Assembly: GCA_020845475.1 (NCBI GenBank)
Contig: JADLFN010000026.1
Span: 7,080 to 71,079 of the forward strand
Direction: 5' to 3'
Length of the DNA stretch: 64,000 nucleotides
Source: Planctomycetota bacterium
GTDB taxonomy: Bacteria > Planctomycetota > UBA8742 > UBA2392
Under the pieces are notes generated by a model that saw only the letters and a program-made list of their open reading frames with translations, had not been told where the DNA came from and searched no databases. The position numbers were made by a program, and so were the translations under genes. Every line of letters starts with the position of its first letter. The stretch's first letter is position 1. Below, piece after piece: positions 6,308 through 16,314 of the stretch.

Positions 6308-7282
6308 ATGAAGACGATGTTTCTAGCCGCGTGTTTGGCGCTGTACGCCACGACGCTTGCGGCCATGGACAAGGGCGAAGAAGCTCCCAACTTCAAGTTC
6401 GAGGCAAGCTGGAACACACTGCCCGGCGCGAAGCAGCTCACGGATTACCGCGGCAGAATTGTATTCCTCGAGATCTGGAAGATTCACTGAGAGCCCTGCA
6501 TGCGGTTTCTCCCGCACCTCGTTGAGGTAAATGAGAAGTATCGCGACAAAGGCGTCGAAATCATCATGGCCACGGACGTTGACAAGGCGCCCGAGCTTGA
6601 GAAATTCATCGCTGATAAGAAGCTCAAGCTTGGCGTCGCGCGCGTTGTGGACGTCTACAAGCTCGTCAAGGCCCAGGGCTACCCCACCAGCTACGGCATC
6701 GACGTTGACGGCAACTGCATCTGGCGCGGCCACCCGCAGGGGCTGAACGACGCGTTAGTGGATGGCTGGCTCAAAGACCTGCGCGCGCCCAAGATCCCGC
6801 GCAAGCTCAGTGATGCGCTTGGCGCGGCTGTGAGCGCATACGACAACGGCCAGTACGGTGGAGCGCTCAATGCGCTCGAAAAGCCGCTCAAACACAAGGA
6901 CGAGAAGGTCAAGGCTGACGCGCAGTACATCGCCGATCTGCTCAACGGCCGCCTCGAGATGAACAAGGCTGCCGCCAAGATCTACCGCGACAGCGGCGAA
7001 CTGGAGAAGCTCGTGGCGCTGCTCGAGGGCGACGCCAAGGACTTTGGCGGTATCGACTACGCCAAAGATTGCGCCAGCGAAGCCAAGAAGACCAAGGCCA
7101 GCAAGGCCTACAAGCAATGCGTCGAAGCGCGCGAGAAACTGGAGAAGCTGAAGCCCGGCCTCAAAGACATGAAGCCCGCAGATGCCGCCAAGGCCCTCAA
7201 CAAGCTCGCGAAAGAATTCGCCGATACGCCCGCAGGCAAGCAGGCCGCAGAATTGGCCAAGGAATACGAAGAGAAAAAGTAG
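6308..7282 (+). CDS. paralogous periplasmic thioredoxin-fold protein, predicted selenoprotein with UGA-Sec at 6488..6490 (U-E-P-C)
   Basis: ORFs 6239..6490 and 6500..7282 share a frame. Read-through: LTDYRGRIVFLEIWKIH-U-EPC-MRFLPHLVEVNEKYRDKGVEIIMATD. The likely start is ATG 6308 (MKTMFLAACLALYATTLAA signal peptide). It has the same C-terminal Lys/Ala/Glu-rich helical domain as 5264..6235. Confidence 0.8.
6491..6511 (+). promoter_or_regulatory. candidate bacterial SECIS-like hairpin immediately after the UGA
   Basis: GAG-cc-CUG-CAUG-CGG-uuu-CUC: outer pairs 6491-6511, 6492-6510, 6493-6509; inner pairs 6496-6505, 6497-6504 (GU), 6498-6503; loop 6499..6502. Confidence 0.4.
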
Positions 7283-7309
7283 AGATAGCGGGCACTTGCA
7301 ACGTGTAAC

Positions 7310-7333
7310 AGGGGCGACAAAGATGTCGCCCCT
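7310..7333. repeat. REP-like palindrome AGGGGCGAC-AAAGAT-GTCGCCCCT
   Basis: Read directly. It has the same arms as the 28-mer at 567 and 55480, and is intergenic between 7282 and 7350. Confidence 0.85.
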
Positions 7334-7349
7334 ACCGTTAGGTGCATCG

Positions 7350-7994
7350 ATGCCTTTGAAACTCAATGAAATCGAACGCCGCGTTCTGGGCACGCTGATT
7401 GAGAAGTGGCTCACGACGCCGCAGGCCTACCCACTCTCGCTCAATGCGCTGACCAACGGCTGCAACCAGAAATCGGCGCGCGACCCCGAAACCAGTTACA
7501 CCGAGCAACAAGTTGAGCAAACCTGCATGAGCCTGAAAACGCGCTCGCTCGCCATGCAGTTCTTCGGCGCCGGCGCGCGCGTTTCAAAGTGGGAAGAGGC
7601 GCTGAGCGCCACGATGCACCTCGGCAAGGACGAAGTAGCCGTGCTGGCCGAGCTCATGCTGCGCGGCCCGCAAAGCGAAGGCGAGCTGCGCTCACGCGCC
7701 AGCCGCATGCACGATTTCCCAACGCTCGAATCCCTGCACGCCACACTCGAATCGCTGCGCACAAGGGCCGAGCCGCTGGTGCAAAGGCTGAGCGAAGAAG
7801 GCCGCACCCGCGGAGTACGCTGGGCCCACACGTTTTACGGAGAGGGCGAGAAGCTCCCCCAAGCCGCGCCGGAGGCCCCCACCACGGCATCAGGCAGCTT
7901 GAACGCAACAGCCGTGTCCCCCACTCTCGATCAGCGCCTCGCTGCGCTGGAAGCGCGCGTAGCCGAATTGGAGAGAAAGACGCTGGGGCTGTAA
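7350..7994 (+). CDS. yceH: YceH/DUF480 (UPF0502) family protein
   Basis: MPLKLNEIERRVLGTLIEKWLTTPQAYPLSLNALTNGCNQKSARDP...LMLRGPQSEGELRSRASRM matches the E. coli YceH pattern. ATG 7350 was chosen because ATG 7323 lies inside the palindrome. Confidence 0.8.
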   Translation: MPLKLNEIERRVLGTLIEKWLTTPQAYPLSLNALTNGCNQKSARDPETSYTEQQVEQTCMSLKTRSLAMQFFGAGARVSKWEEALSATMHLGKDEVAVLAELMLRGPQSEGELRSRASRMHDFPTLESLHATLESLRTRAEPLVQRLSEEGRTRGVRWAHTFYGEGEKLPQAAPEAPTTASGSLNATAVSPTLDQRLAALEARVAELERKTLGL

Positions 7995-8004
7995 CTTTGG
8001 AGTG

Positions 8005-8024
8005 CGCCGGCTCGCCGGCGTTTT
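8005..8024 (+). terminator. rho-independent terminator
   Basis: CGCCGG-CTCG-CCGGCG followed by TTTT, 10 nt after the stop at 7994. Confidence 0.6.
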
Positions 8025-8148
8025 GCAGTTTGGCCGCACGCACATGCCCCAAAGTTCGTTGCGCAACGCGCGCCAAGCCTGCATCATGCGCACCCCCACC
8101 CGACTTCGCCTAAGCTAAGTCAGGCAAGCCCGTATTCGAGACCAAGCC

Positions 8149-9789
8149 ATGTACAGATTTGCCTCAATGCTCGCGATTGCCCTGCTGCCGGTAGTGTGGC
8201 TGTCTGCATGTGGAGGCAACAGCGTCCCGGAACTCAAGAAAGTCGAGAAGAAGGACGTCATCGTTGTAGCACGCGGCGACAAGTCGGAGATTCTTGACCC
8301 GCACGCGACCAACAGCGGCGGCGATGCCTACCTGATCCAGCAGATGTACGACACACTCGTACAGCCTTCAGCCAAGCCGCCCGTGCGCTGGGAGCCATGC
8401 CTCGCGGAGAGCTGGAAGGACGAAGATTTCAAGGTGTTCACTTTCAATCTGCGCAAGGGCGTCAAGTTCCACGACGGCGCTGATTTCAACGCGGCCGCCG
8501 CCAAGCGCAGTTTCGAGCGCGGCACCAACCTGAAGGATCCGGCCGCACCGCCCAAGCTGCCCTACGCCGAGGAGTATTTTGGCGATATCGAGAAGATTGA
8601 AGCGGTGGACGACTTCACGCTGCGCATTACGCTCAAGGCCTCCAACCCCAAGTTCATTGCCAGCTGTGGCTTGTTTGCCGCTTCGATCGTGAGCCCCAAG
8701 GCGATTGCGGCCATGGAAAAAGAGGCCAACGCCGGTGCACGCCAGAACTGGCTCACGCGTCATCCAGCGGGAACAGGCCCATACACGATCGCCAAGGAAG
8801 GCGACTACCAGGGCGCCGAAACCGTGATCATGACGGCCTTTGACGGCTACTGGGGAGGCAAGGCGGCGACTTCGCGGGTCGTTTTCAATCACGACAAAGA
8901 CCACAAGAAACGCCGCGAGCAACTTACCAGCGGCGCTGTGCAGTTGATTGACAGCCCCGCCCCTGAAGACTGGGACTTGCTGAGCAAGGACACCGGCGTG
9001 ACGCTCTATTCGTGGGAAGCCGAAAATCTGTGCTATCTGGGTCTGAACACCGATGCCGCCAACGGCTTTGCCACATCCAAGCTCGAAGTGCGCCAGGCCA
9101 TTGCCTACGCCATTGATCGCGAGCAGATGCTCACGCTCTATGCGGGCACGGCCAAAGCGCACCATGTGCTCCTGCCGCCCGTGATGATCGGGCACCCTGC
9201 GGGCTACAGGCCTTCCACCGATACTGGATCACGCGCTGAACGGCTTGAAAAAGCGCGCGCGCTGCTCAAGGGGGCGGGCGTTGAAAAGCTTGAACTCAAG
9301 CTGCTGCACCCAGCTGTTTCGCGGCCCTACCTGGGCAAGCCGCCGGAGGTTGCGGATTTCATTCGCCAGCAACTCGCGGAAATCGGCATCACCGTCAAAC
9401 CCGAACCCACGCCCATGCGCGAACTGGGCGACATCATCTCCAAGGGTACGGCGCCTATGGTGTTGATCGGCTGGATGGGCGAAACGGGCGAGCCCGACAA
9501 CTTCTGGACGCCGCTTCTTTCCGGCCGTGGTAAGCCCTCTGACAACAACGTGCCGCGCTTCTGGGACAAGGATGTAGCGGCAAAAGTAGATGCTGCCGCA
9601 GTTGAACGCGACATCTCCAAGCGTGAAGCCATGTACCTGGAGCTCGAAAAAACCGTGCATGAGAAATTCCGTCCCATGGTTCCGCTGCTTACCGCCAAGC
9701 AGGCTGTTGCCTGGCGTTCGGAGGTTGAAGGCATTTACGTGGACTCGACCGGAACGTACCGGCTGCACAAGGCGCACTACAAAGAGTAA
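8149..9789 (+). CDS. ABC transporter substrate-binding lipoprotein, family 5 (peptide/nickel, DppA/OppA-like)
   Basis: 546 aa with lipobox LSACGG, family-5 SBP size and motifs, followed by two Dpp/Opp-type permeases. Confidence 0.85.
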   Translation: MYRFASMLAIALLPVVWLSACGGNSVPELKKVEKKDVIVVARGDKSEILDPHATNSGGDAYLIQQMYDTLVQPSAKPPVRWEPCLAESWKDEDFKVFTFNLRKGVKFHDGADFNAAAAKRSFERGTNLKDPAAPPKLPYAEEYFGDIEKIEAVDDFTLRITLKASNPKFIASCGLFAASIVSPKAIAAMEKEANAGARQNWLTRHPAGTGPYTIAKEGDYQGAETVIMTAFDGYWGGKAATSRVVFNHDKDHKKRREQLTSGAVQLIDSPAPEDWDLLSKDTGVTLYSWEAENLCYLGLNTDAANGFATSKLEVRQAIAYAIDREQMLTLYAGTAKAHHVLLPPVMIGHPAGYRPSTDTGSRAERLEKARALLKGAGVEKLELKLLHPAVSRPYLGKPPEVADFIRQQLAEIGITVKPEPTPMRELGDIISKGTAPMVLIGWMGETGEPDNFWTPLLSGRGKPSDNNVPRFWDKDVAAKVDAAAVERDISKREAMYLELEKTVHEKFRPMVPLLTAKQAVAWRSEVEGIYVDSTGTYRLHKAHYKE

Positions 9790-9798
9790 ACCGGCCCC

Positions 9799-10821
9799 AT
9801 GTTCGCGCACATAGCCCGACGCCTGCTCGCGGCAGTGCCCATGCTGATTGGCATCAGCCTGGTCTCGTTCCTGCTTCTGCACGCCCTGCCCGGCGATCCG
9901 GCGGCTGCACTACTGGGCCAGCGCGCCACCGAAGAAAACAAGCGCCAGTTTCGTGAGCAGGCAGGGCTCAATCTTCCGCTGCACGAACAGTATCTGCGCT
10001 GGGTCTCGGGCGTGATGCGCGGCGACTTCGGCGACAGCCACGCTTCCAACCGCCCTGTGCTCAAGGAGCTGGCAGAGCGAGTACCCGCCACCATTGAACT
10101 GGCGGTGGGCGCCATGCTGTTCGCTACGTTGATCGGCGTTTCACTGGGAATTCTGGCGGCTCTCAAGCCGCGTTCGATCTGGGACTTTGTGTGCCTGGCG
10201 TTTGCGCTGATTGGCGTTTCGATGCCCATCTTCTGGCTGGGCTTTCTGGTGCAAAAGCTATTTGCCGGCACGATGAAGATTCTGCCTTTCGGGCAAAGGC
10301 TGAATTACGCTGGTTGGGAAGGCTTCGAGCCGCAGACGGGCTTTTTCGTCATCGACGCCATCTTCTATTACAAGAACCTCGACCTCACGCTGGACGTGCT
10401 TTCGCACCTGTTCTTGCCCTCCCTCGTGCTTGCGACGGTGCCGATGGCCTTGATCGCGCGCATTACGCGCTCGACTATGCTGGAGGCGTTGAAGCAGGAC
10501 TACATTCGAACCGCTCGCGCCAAGGGCGCCAAGCCCGCAAGTGTGGTGCTCAAGCACGCGCTCAGGAACGCGTTCATCCCGATCATCACAGCCATCACCA
10601 CACAGTTCGGCTACCTCCTGGGCGGCGCCGTATTGACCGAAACAATTTTCAGCTGGCCTGGCCTTGGACGTTACGTGATTGAGGCCATTGAAGTTCTCGA
10701 CGCGCGACCCCTTCAGGCCGGCGTGCTGTTGATTGCGTCCACGTTTGTGCTCATGAACCTGCTCACCGATATCAGTTACTCCTTCATTGATCCACGCCTC
10801 AGAAAGCGAGAGGCGTCATGA
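9799..10821 (+). CDS. ABC transporter permease (DppB/OppB-like)
   Basis: 340 aa. The N-terminus MFAHIARRLLAAVPMLIGISLVSFLLLHALPGDP and the EAA-loop region YIRTARAKGA are typical. Confidence 0.9.
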   Translation: MFAHIARRLLAAVPMLIGISLVSFLLLHALPGDPAAALLGQRATEENKRQFREQAGLNLPLHEQYLRWVSGVMRGDFGDSHASNRPVLKELAERVPATIELAVGAMLFATLIGVSLGILAALKPRSIWDFVCLAFALIGVSMPIFWLGFLVQKLFAGTMKILPFGQRLNYAGWEGFEPQTGFFVIDAIFYYKNLDLTLDVLSHLFLPSLVLATVPMALIARITRSTMLEALKQDYIRTARAKGAKPASVVLKHALRNAFIPIITAITTQFGYLLGGAVLTETIFSWPGLGRYVIEAIEVLDARPLQAGVLLIASTFVLMNLLTDISYSFIDPRLRKREAS

Positions 10822-11684
10822 AAGAATTCACGATCTTTTTCGCCACGGGCGCGCGCGACTTCTGGCGCTTCGTGCTCACGCACAGACCCGCGCAGGGCGG
10901 TCTGGCCATCATTGGCTTGATGATGCTCGCTGCCGTGTTTGCGAATGTCCTCGCGCCCTACGGCGCCATGGAGGCGTTTCGGGATCAACTCCACTCCCCT
11001 GCCAGCAGCGATCACTGGCTGGGTACAGACAGCCAGGGGCGCGATCTCTATTCGCGGCTTATTTTCGGCGCGCGGTACACGTTGAGTATTGCCTTGGCGG
11101 CCACGTTGCTCTCTTTGGTAGCAGGTAGTGTGGTTGGTGCGCTCGCAGGCTACTTTGGCCGATGGGTTGACCTAGTGCTGATGCGGCTCGTCGATTTCAT
11201 GATGAGCTTTCCCAGCTTCCTTTTGGCGGTCGTCACAGTGGCAGTTTTGGGCAAATCACTCGAGAACCTGATCTGGGCCGTTGGCATAGCGGGTGCGCCC
11301 TCCTTTGCACGGCAGGTGCGCGCCGAGGTGCTGCGGCTTCGCTCGCTGGAGTTTGTTGAAGCCGCGCACTCGCTGGGGTATTCGCACGGCCGCATACTGG
11401 CGCGGCACATTATCCCCAACTGCCTGACGCCGATCATTGTGCTGGGCACGCTAGGTATGGGCGGTTCCATTCTGAGCGTGGCCGGGCTGGCGTTCTTGGG
11501 CCTTGGCGGCGATGTGTTCGTGCCCGAATGGGGCCTGATGCTCAAGCTCGGCTGGGACCAAAGCAGCAAGGGCGCGTTCCAAGTGGGCGTTTCGGGTGCG
11601 TGCATTCTGGTGACCGTGCTGGGCTTCAACTTGTTTGGTGATGGCCTGCGTGATTGGCTGGACCCGCGTTCGCGTTCCCGTTGA
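10818..11684 (+). CDS. ABC transporter permease (DppC/OppC-like)
   Basis: 288 aa, 4-nt overlap with the upstream permease. HWLGTDSQGRDLYSRLIFGAR and FVEAAHSLG motifs. Confidence 0.9.
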   Translation: MKEFTIFFATGARDFWRFVLTHRPAQGGLAIIGLMMLAAVFANVLAPYGAMEAFRDQLHSPASSDHWLGTDSQGRDLYSRLIFGARYTLSIALAATLLSLVAGSVVGALAGYFGRWVDLVLMRLVDFMMSFPSFLLAVVTVAVLGKSLENLIWAVGIAGAPSFARQVRAEVLRLRSLEFVEAAHSLGYSHGRILARHIIPNCLTPIIVLGTLGMGGSILSVAGLAFLGLGGDVFVPEWGLMLKLGWDQSSKGAFQVGVSGACILVTVLGFNLFGDGLRDWLDPRSRSR

Positions 11685-11709
11685 TGCGCGGCTTTGTTAG
11701 ACTGATCTC

Positions 11710-13815
11710 ATGAAACCCGATCGCAACTCGCCCAGCGAGAAACCTATGGCCGCATCCAAGAAACCCGCGCTTGACGCCGAGCAGATTCTCGACGCCATCG
11801 ACGACAGCCCGGAAGTCACCATCTACCGCGACCTCCAGTGGGAGGGCTCGTTCAAAGATTATATGGCGATGGTGCTTGAAGACCCCGCCATCATCCGCAA
11901 CGCGCACCAGCGCATGTACGACCTGATCCTTCAGCACGGCTCGAGCGAGTACGTGCACCAGAAGGAAACCATGGTCAATTACAAGTTCTTCTCCGACCCG
12001 TTCAACAATGGCCACGAGGCTGTATTCGGCATTGAGCGCGCCCTGATGCAGCTTGTGGCCCATTTCAAAAGCGCCGCATACCACTTCGGCACCGAAAAGC
12101 GAGTGCTCTTGCTTCATGGCCCTGTTGGCAGCGCCAAGAGCACGATCGTGCGCCTGCTCAAACGCGGCCTTGAGCAGTATTCGCGCAGTAAAGAAGGCCG
12201 GATGTACAGCTTCGGCTGGAAGGTCAAAGATGAAGTCACGGGCCAGGATGTGATCTGGAGCCCGATGAACGAAGAGCCCTTGAAGCTGATCCCGGTCGGG
12301 CCGCGCAAAAAGCTGATGCAACAGATCAACGAGCGCAGCAAGCTTCCGTACAAATTGAACGTGGAAGGCGACCTCGACCCGCTCTCGCGCAAGCTCATGG
12401 CCGAGCTGCTGGCCAAGTACAGCGGCGACTGGCGCAAGGTGATCGACAACCACGTCGTGATCCGCCGCATCATGATCAGCGAAAAAGATCGCGTGGGCAT
12501 CGGCACGTTCCAGCCCAAGGATGAAAAGAACCAGGACGCCACGGAACTCACGGGCGACGTGAACTACCGCAAGATCGCGTTTTACGGAGTGGATTCCGAC
12601 CCGCGCGCCTTCAACTTCGATGGCGAGTTCAACGTCGCCAATCGCGGCTTGATCGAGTTCATCGAAGTATTGAAGCTGGATGTTGCATTTCTCTACGACT
12701 TGCTCGGTGCCTCGCAGGAACACTCGATCAAGCCCAAGAAATTCCCGCAGACGGACATCGACGAAGTCATCATCGGCCACACCAACGCGCCGGAATACCG
12801 CAAGCTGCAAAGCAACGAACTCATGGAGGCATTCCGCGACCGCACGGTGAAAATCGACGTGCCCTACAACACCGTGCTCGACAACGAAGTCCGCATTTAC
12901 AAGAAGGACTTCACGCCTGAGCGCGTGAACAAACACATTGCCCCGCACACGATTGAAATCGCGGCGATGTGGGCGGTGCTCACGCGCCTCGAAGAACCCA
13001 AGCGCGGCGGCATCTCGTTGTTACAGAAGCTCAAGCTTTACAACGGCAAGAGTGTCCCCGGCATGACCGAGGACAACATCCGCGAAATGCGCGCCGAAGC
13101 CACGAGTGAAGGCATGGAGGGCATTTCGCCGCGCTACATCCAGGACAAGATTTCGAACGCGATCGTGAATCACCAGGGCTCGGACACTGTCAACCCGTTC
13201 ATGGTGCTCAACGAGCTTGAAACGGGCCTGACGCACCATTCACTGATTTCCAGTGAACAGGTGCGCAAGTTCTATCGGGAGCTGCTGGGTGTGGTGCGCC
13301 AGGAGTATGAGGAAATCGCCAAGAACGAAGTGCAGCGCGCGATCTCGGCCGACGAAGACGCCATCGGCCGCCTGTGCAGCAATTATATCGATCATGTAAA
13401 GGCCTACACGCAGCGCGAACGTGTGCGCAATAAGTACACCGGCCAGCTCGAGGAGGCCGATGAGCGCATGATGCGCAGCATCGAGGAGAAGATTGATATC
13501 TCCGACTCGCGCAAGGATGACTTCCGCCGGGAGATCATGAACTACATCGGCGCCCTGGCCCTCGAAGGCCGCACGTTTGACTATCGCACCAATGAGCGGC
13601 TGCACCGCGCGCTGGAACTCAAGCTCTTTGAGGACCAGAAGGACTCGATCAAACTCACCAGCCTGGTCAGCAACGTGGTCGATAAGGAAACCCAGGCCAA
13701 GATCGACGTCGTCAAACAGCGACTGATCGAAAAGTACGGCTACAACGAAACCAGTGCGACGGATCTGCTGAACTTCGTGGCCAGCATCTTTGCCCGCGGC
13801 GATACCAAGGAGTAG
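11710..13815 (+). CDS. prkA: PrkA/YeaG family serine protein kinase (AAA-type)
   Basis: 701 aa. [13 protein letters not shown] Walker A and extended PrkA-like sequence ([10 protein letters not shown]..., EFIEVLK...). Confidence 0.9.
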   Translation: MKPDRNSPSEKPMAASKKPALDAEQILDAIDDSPEVTIYRDLQWEGSFKDYMAMVLEDPAIIRNAHQRMYDLILQHGSSEYVHQKETMVNYKFFSDPFNNGHEAVFGIERALMQLVAHFKSAAYHFGTEKRVLLLHGPVGSAKSTIVRLLKRGLEQYSRSKEGRMYSFGWKVKDEVTGQDVIWSPMNEEPLKLIPVGPRKKLMQQINERSKLPYKLNVEGDLDPLSRKLMAELLAKYSGDWRKVIDNHVVIRRIMISEKDRVGIGTFQPKDEKNQDATELTGDVNYRKIAFYGVDSDPRAFNFDGEFNVANRGLIEFIEVLKLDVAFLYDLLGASQEHSIKPKKFPQTDIDEVIIGHTNAPEYRKLQSNELMEAFRDRTVKIDVPYNTVLDNEVRIYKKDFTPERVNKHIAPHTIEIAAMWAVLTRLEEPKRGGISLLQKLKLYNGKSVPGMTEDNIREMRAEATSEGMEGISPRYIQDKISNAIVNHQGSDTVNPFMVLNELETGLTHHSLISSEQVRKFYRELLGVVRQEYEEIAKNEVQRAISADEDAIGRLCSNYIDHVKAYTQRERVRNKYTGQLEEADERMMRSIEEKIDISDSRKDDFRREIMNYIGALALEGRTFDYRTNERLHRALELKLFEDQKDSIKLTSLVSNVVDKETQAKIDVVKQRLIEKYGYNETSATDLLNFVASIFARGDTKE

Positions 13816-13897
13816 CGCGCAACGTCACGGGCGAAATGGTTGACAATCGCGCTGCCGGAAACGACAACACCAGCCCTGAACAGCAGGGCCCTAAAGC

Positions 13898-14563
13898 ATG
13901 TTTGAAGCCGCTGAAGCATTTGATGTTCGCTTTCTGGAGTACTTCGCCCGGCTGGGGCGGCGTTACGTCATGTCATTGCCCGACAGCAACCAGATTGCGG
14001 CAGCCGACAAGATGGAAATGGCGCGCATCAAAGTTGAGCAGGCCATGCGCGAGATCGTTGATGGCCAGGCACAATTCGCCGAGAAATTCATCAACGCCGC
14101 CTATGACGACGAGCCCGGCACCGTGGTTTACGGCCTTGGAATGACCGTCTGGGCCAGCGCCGGCCCGATGATGGAAGATGAGCTGCGCAAGCAGGGCAAG
14201 AAGATCCTCGAGCAAGCCTGCAAGAAACGCCCGGGCAATCGCTTCCTGCTGCGCGCTATGGCCATCGTTGCGCGCCAGGAGCGCCAATACGCCACCGCGC
14301 ACCGCTATTTTGACCTTGCGCTGCGCCTGAATCCCAAGGACGCCGAAACTGTGGTGGACAAGATCGACCTGTTCATGCTGGCCGAGGAATACGACAAGGC
14401 CGCAGGCATGATTGCCAAAGCAGCCAAGGCCTTCCCCGGCGAGGCCGCGCTGGCGGATACGCAGGCGAAGTTCGCGCGCGATTCCAAGCGCTGCCCAAAG
14501 TGCGGCACGTATATGCGTTACTCCGCGCCGTTTTGTCCAAAGTGCAAGCTGAGCTTCTTGTAA
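13898..14563 (+). CDS. TPR-like protein with C-terminal zinc ribbon
   Basis: 221 aa. Helical repeats (YATAHRYFDLALRLNPKDAE) and a CPKCGTYMRYSAPFCPKC ending. Confidence 0.55.
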   Translation: MFEAAEAFDVRFLEYFARLGRRYVMSLPDSNQIAAADKMEMARIKVEQAMREIVDGQAQFAEKFINAAYDDEPGTVVYGLGMTVWASAGPMMEDELRKQGKKILEQACKKRPGNRFLLRAMAIVARQERQYATAHRYFDLALRLNPKDAETVVDKIDLFMLAEEYDKAAGMIAKAAKAFPGEAALADTQAKFARDSKRCPKCGTYMRYSAPFCPKCKLSFL

Positions 14564-14578
14564 CCTCTTGGCCAATCC

Positions 14579-15667
14579 ATGGCCGCCAAGACCAAATCAC
14601 TTGCCACAAAGATCGCGCTCTTCTGGGCACGGCGGCACTTGCGCAAACACCCGCTGACGCCATTTGAGCCGCTGGACGCTGACACGCCCGCGCGCATTTT
14701 GGTCGTGAACACCACGGGCATCGGCGACACCATTTTCGCCACCAGCGCGCTGGCCGATTTACGAGAGAGTTTTCAATTCGCTCACATAGCCGCGTTTGTT
14801 GACCGTCGCCGTGTGGAATTGCTCGCGGGTAACCCGCGCGTCAACCAGTTGATTCCCTATGAAGGCAAGTTCAAGCAGGTGCGCTCGACGCGCAACCTGC
14901 TGCGCGGCTTTGATGTCGCGATCATCCAGCACGCCAATGACCCCGATGTAGTGCCACTGGTGGCATCGGCGCTGCCGGGTGCTTTGGTTGGCTACGAAAG
15001 CCATACCTACAGCCTGCTTTACGCGATTAAACTGCCGCCGGCCAACCGTGCAGGTGGCGATCACACGATTGACGCGCGGCTTGCGCTCACGCGCGCCGTC
15101 GGGGCAAGCGGTAATCACTGGCACCCGGAGCTGTTTGCCAGTGCGCAGGCGCAAGCGCTGGCCGCCGACGTGCTCAAGCAGGCGGGCCTGCAGCAAGGCG
15201 AGGCCATCGCGCTCAATCTCGGTGGCAGCAACCAGTCGAAACGCTGGCCCCTGCAACGTTGGGCAGAGTTGCTCGCCCTGCTGCGAGCCGCTAACCAGCA
15301 GGTGCTGCTCGTAGGCGGCCCCGACGAAGCCGCCGACGCGCGCAAGCTGTTGCCCGATCAGCGCCAACGCGCACTGGCGGGCGCGCTGCCTTTCATGGCG
15401 TGCGCCGCATTGTTGAAACTGTGCCGCGCGCATATCTCGGCGGACACAGGCCTGATGCACGCCGGGCTCGCACTGGATGTTCCCACGGTTGCGCTCTTTG
15501 GCCCCGATGATCCCAAGTGGACCGGCCCCTACCCGCGCCAGCGAAGAGCGGTCGTCGTGCAACCGCATGCTGCGCTTGCTTTGAGTGCGGAAGAACGCAA
15601 GAAACGCACGGACCTGATGGCGGCGATTACAGCTCTGAGCGTTGTTGAGGCCCTTGAGCGGGTTTGA
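14579..15667 (+). CDS. glycosyltransferase family 9 (LPS heptosyltransferase-like)
   Basis: 362 aa. ILVVNTTGIGDTIFATSALADLR, NLGGSNQSKRWP and SADTGLMHAGLALDVPTVALFGP are GT9 hallmarks. Confidence 0.8.
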   Translation: MAAKTKSLATKIALFWARRHLRKHPLTPFEPLDADTPARILVVNTTGIGDTIFATSALADLRESFQFAHIAAFVDRRRVELLAGNPRVNQLIPYEGKFKQVRSTRNLLRGFDVAIIQHANDPDVVPLVASALPGALVGYESHTYSLLYAIKLPPANRAGGDHTIDARLALTRAVGASGNHWHPELFASAQAQALAADVLKQAGLQQGEAIALNLGGSNQSKRWPLQRWAELLALLRAANQQVLLVGGPDEAADARKLLPDQRQRALAGALPFMACAALLKLCRAHISADTGLMHAGLALDVPTVALFGPDDPKWTGPYPRQRRAVVVQPHAALALSAEERKKRTDLMAAITALSVVEALERV

Positions 15668-15723
15668 TGCCGCCACGGGCCAGGCATGCCCGACGAAGCC
15701 TCGGCGAAGTCGGGAGGCCCGTG

Positions 15724-16314
15724 CTACAGCACGCCCTTGGTGCTGGGCACACCCGCTTCGCGCGCGTCGATGGTCAGTGCCACGCGCAGTGCGCGCGTCA
15801 CGGCCTTGAACACGCCCTCGATGATGTGGTGCGTGTCGTTGCCGCGCAGCACATCAATGTGCAGGTTCATGGGAAAGTGCGTGCTGAAACTGCGGAAGAA
15901 GTGCTCAACCATTTCGGTGGGCAGCCCCCCCACCACTTCGCGCTTGAGCTCGCCAAGATTGGGCACGAAATAGGGCCGACCGCTGAGGTCCAGCGCGGCG
16001 CGCACGAGAGCCTCGTCCATGGTGATATAGGCGTGGCCATAGCGCATAAGGCCCTTCTTGTCACCGGCTGCGGCCCTGAGCGCTTCGCCCAGCGCAATGG
16101 CGATATCCTCTACGCTGTGGTGCGCATCGACATGCAGGTCGCCTTTGCATTCCAGCTTCAGGTCAAACAGGCCGTGGCGCGCGAACAACTCCAGCATGTG
16201 GTCGAGAAAGCCGATGCCGCTCTTGACGTCATAACTGCCCGAACCATCAAGCTCGATGGATACCGAAATCTCCGTTTCCTTCGTTTTGCGCTGATAACTT
16301 CCTTTGCGGCTCAT
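15724..16314 (-). CDS. hisB: imidazoleglycerol-phosphate dehydratase
   Basis: 196 aa. RKTKETEISVSIELDG...GIGFLDHML...DLHVDAHHSVEDIAIALG. Confidence 0.95.
   Translation of the reverse strand: MSRKGSYQRKTKETEISVSIELDGSGSYDVKSGIGFLDHMLELFARHGLFDLKLECKGDLHVDAHHSVEDIAIALGEALRAAAGDKKGLMRYGHAYITMDEALVRAALDLSGRPYFVPNLGELKREVVGGLPTEMVEHFFRSFSTHFPMNLHIDVLRGNDTHHIIEGVFKAVTRALRVALTIDAREAGVPSTKGVL

Noticed and set aside
11626-12948. 440-aa minus-strand ORF
   Set aside because: It is exactly antisense to the well-supported prkA gene. Its Arg/Ala/Val/His-rich composition is typical of mirror ORFs in high-GC DNA, and it has no motif.
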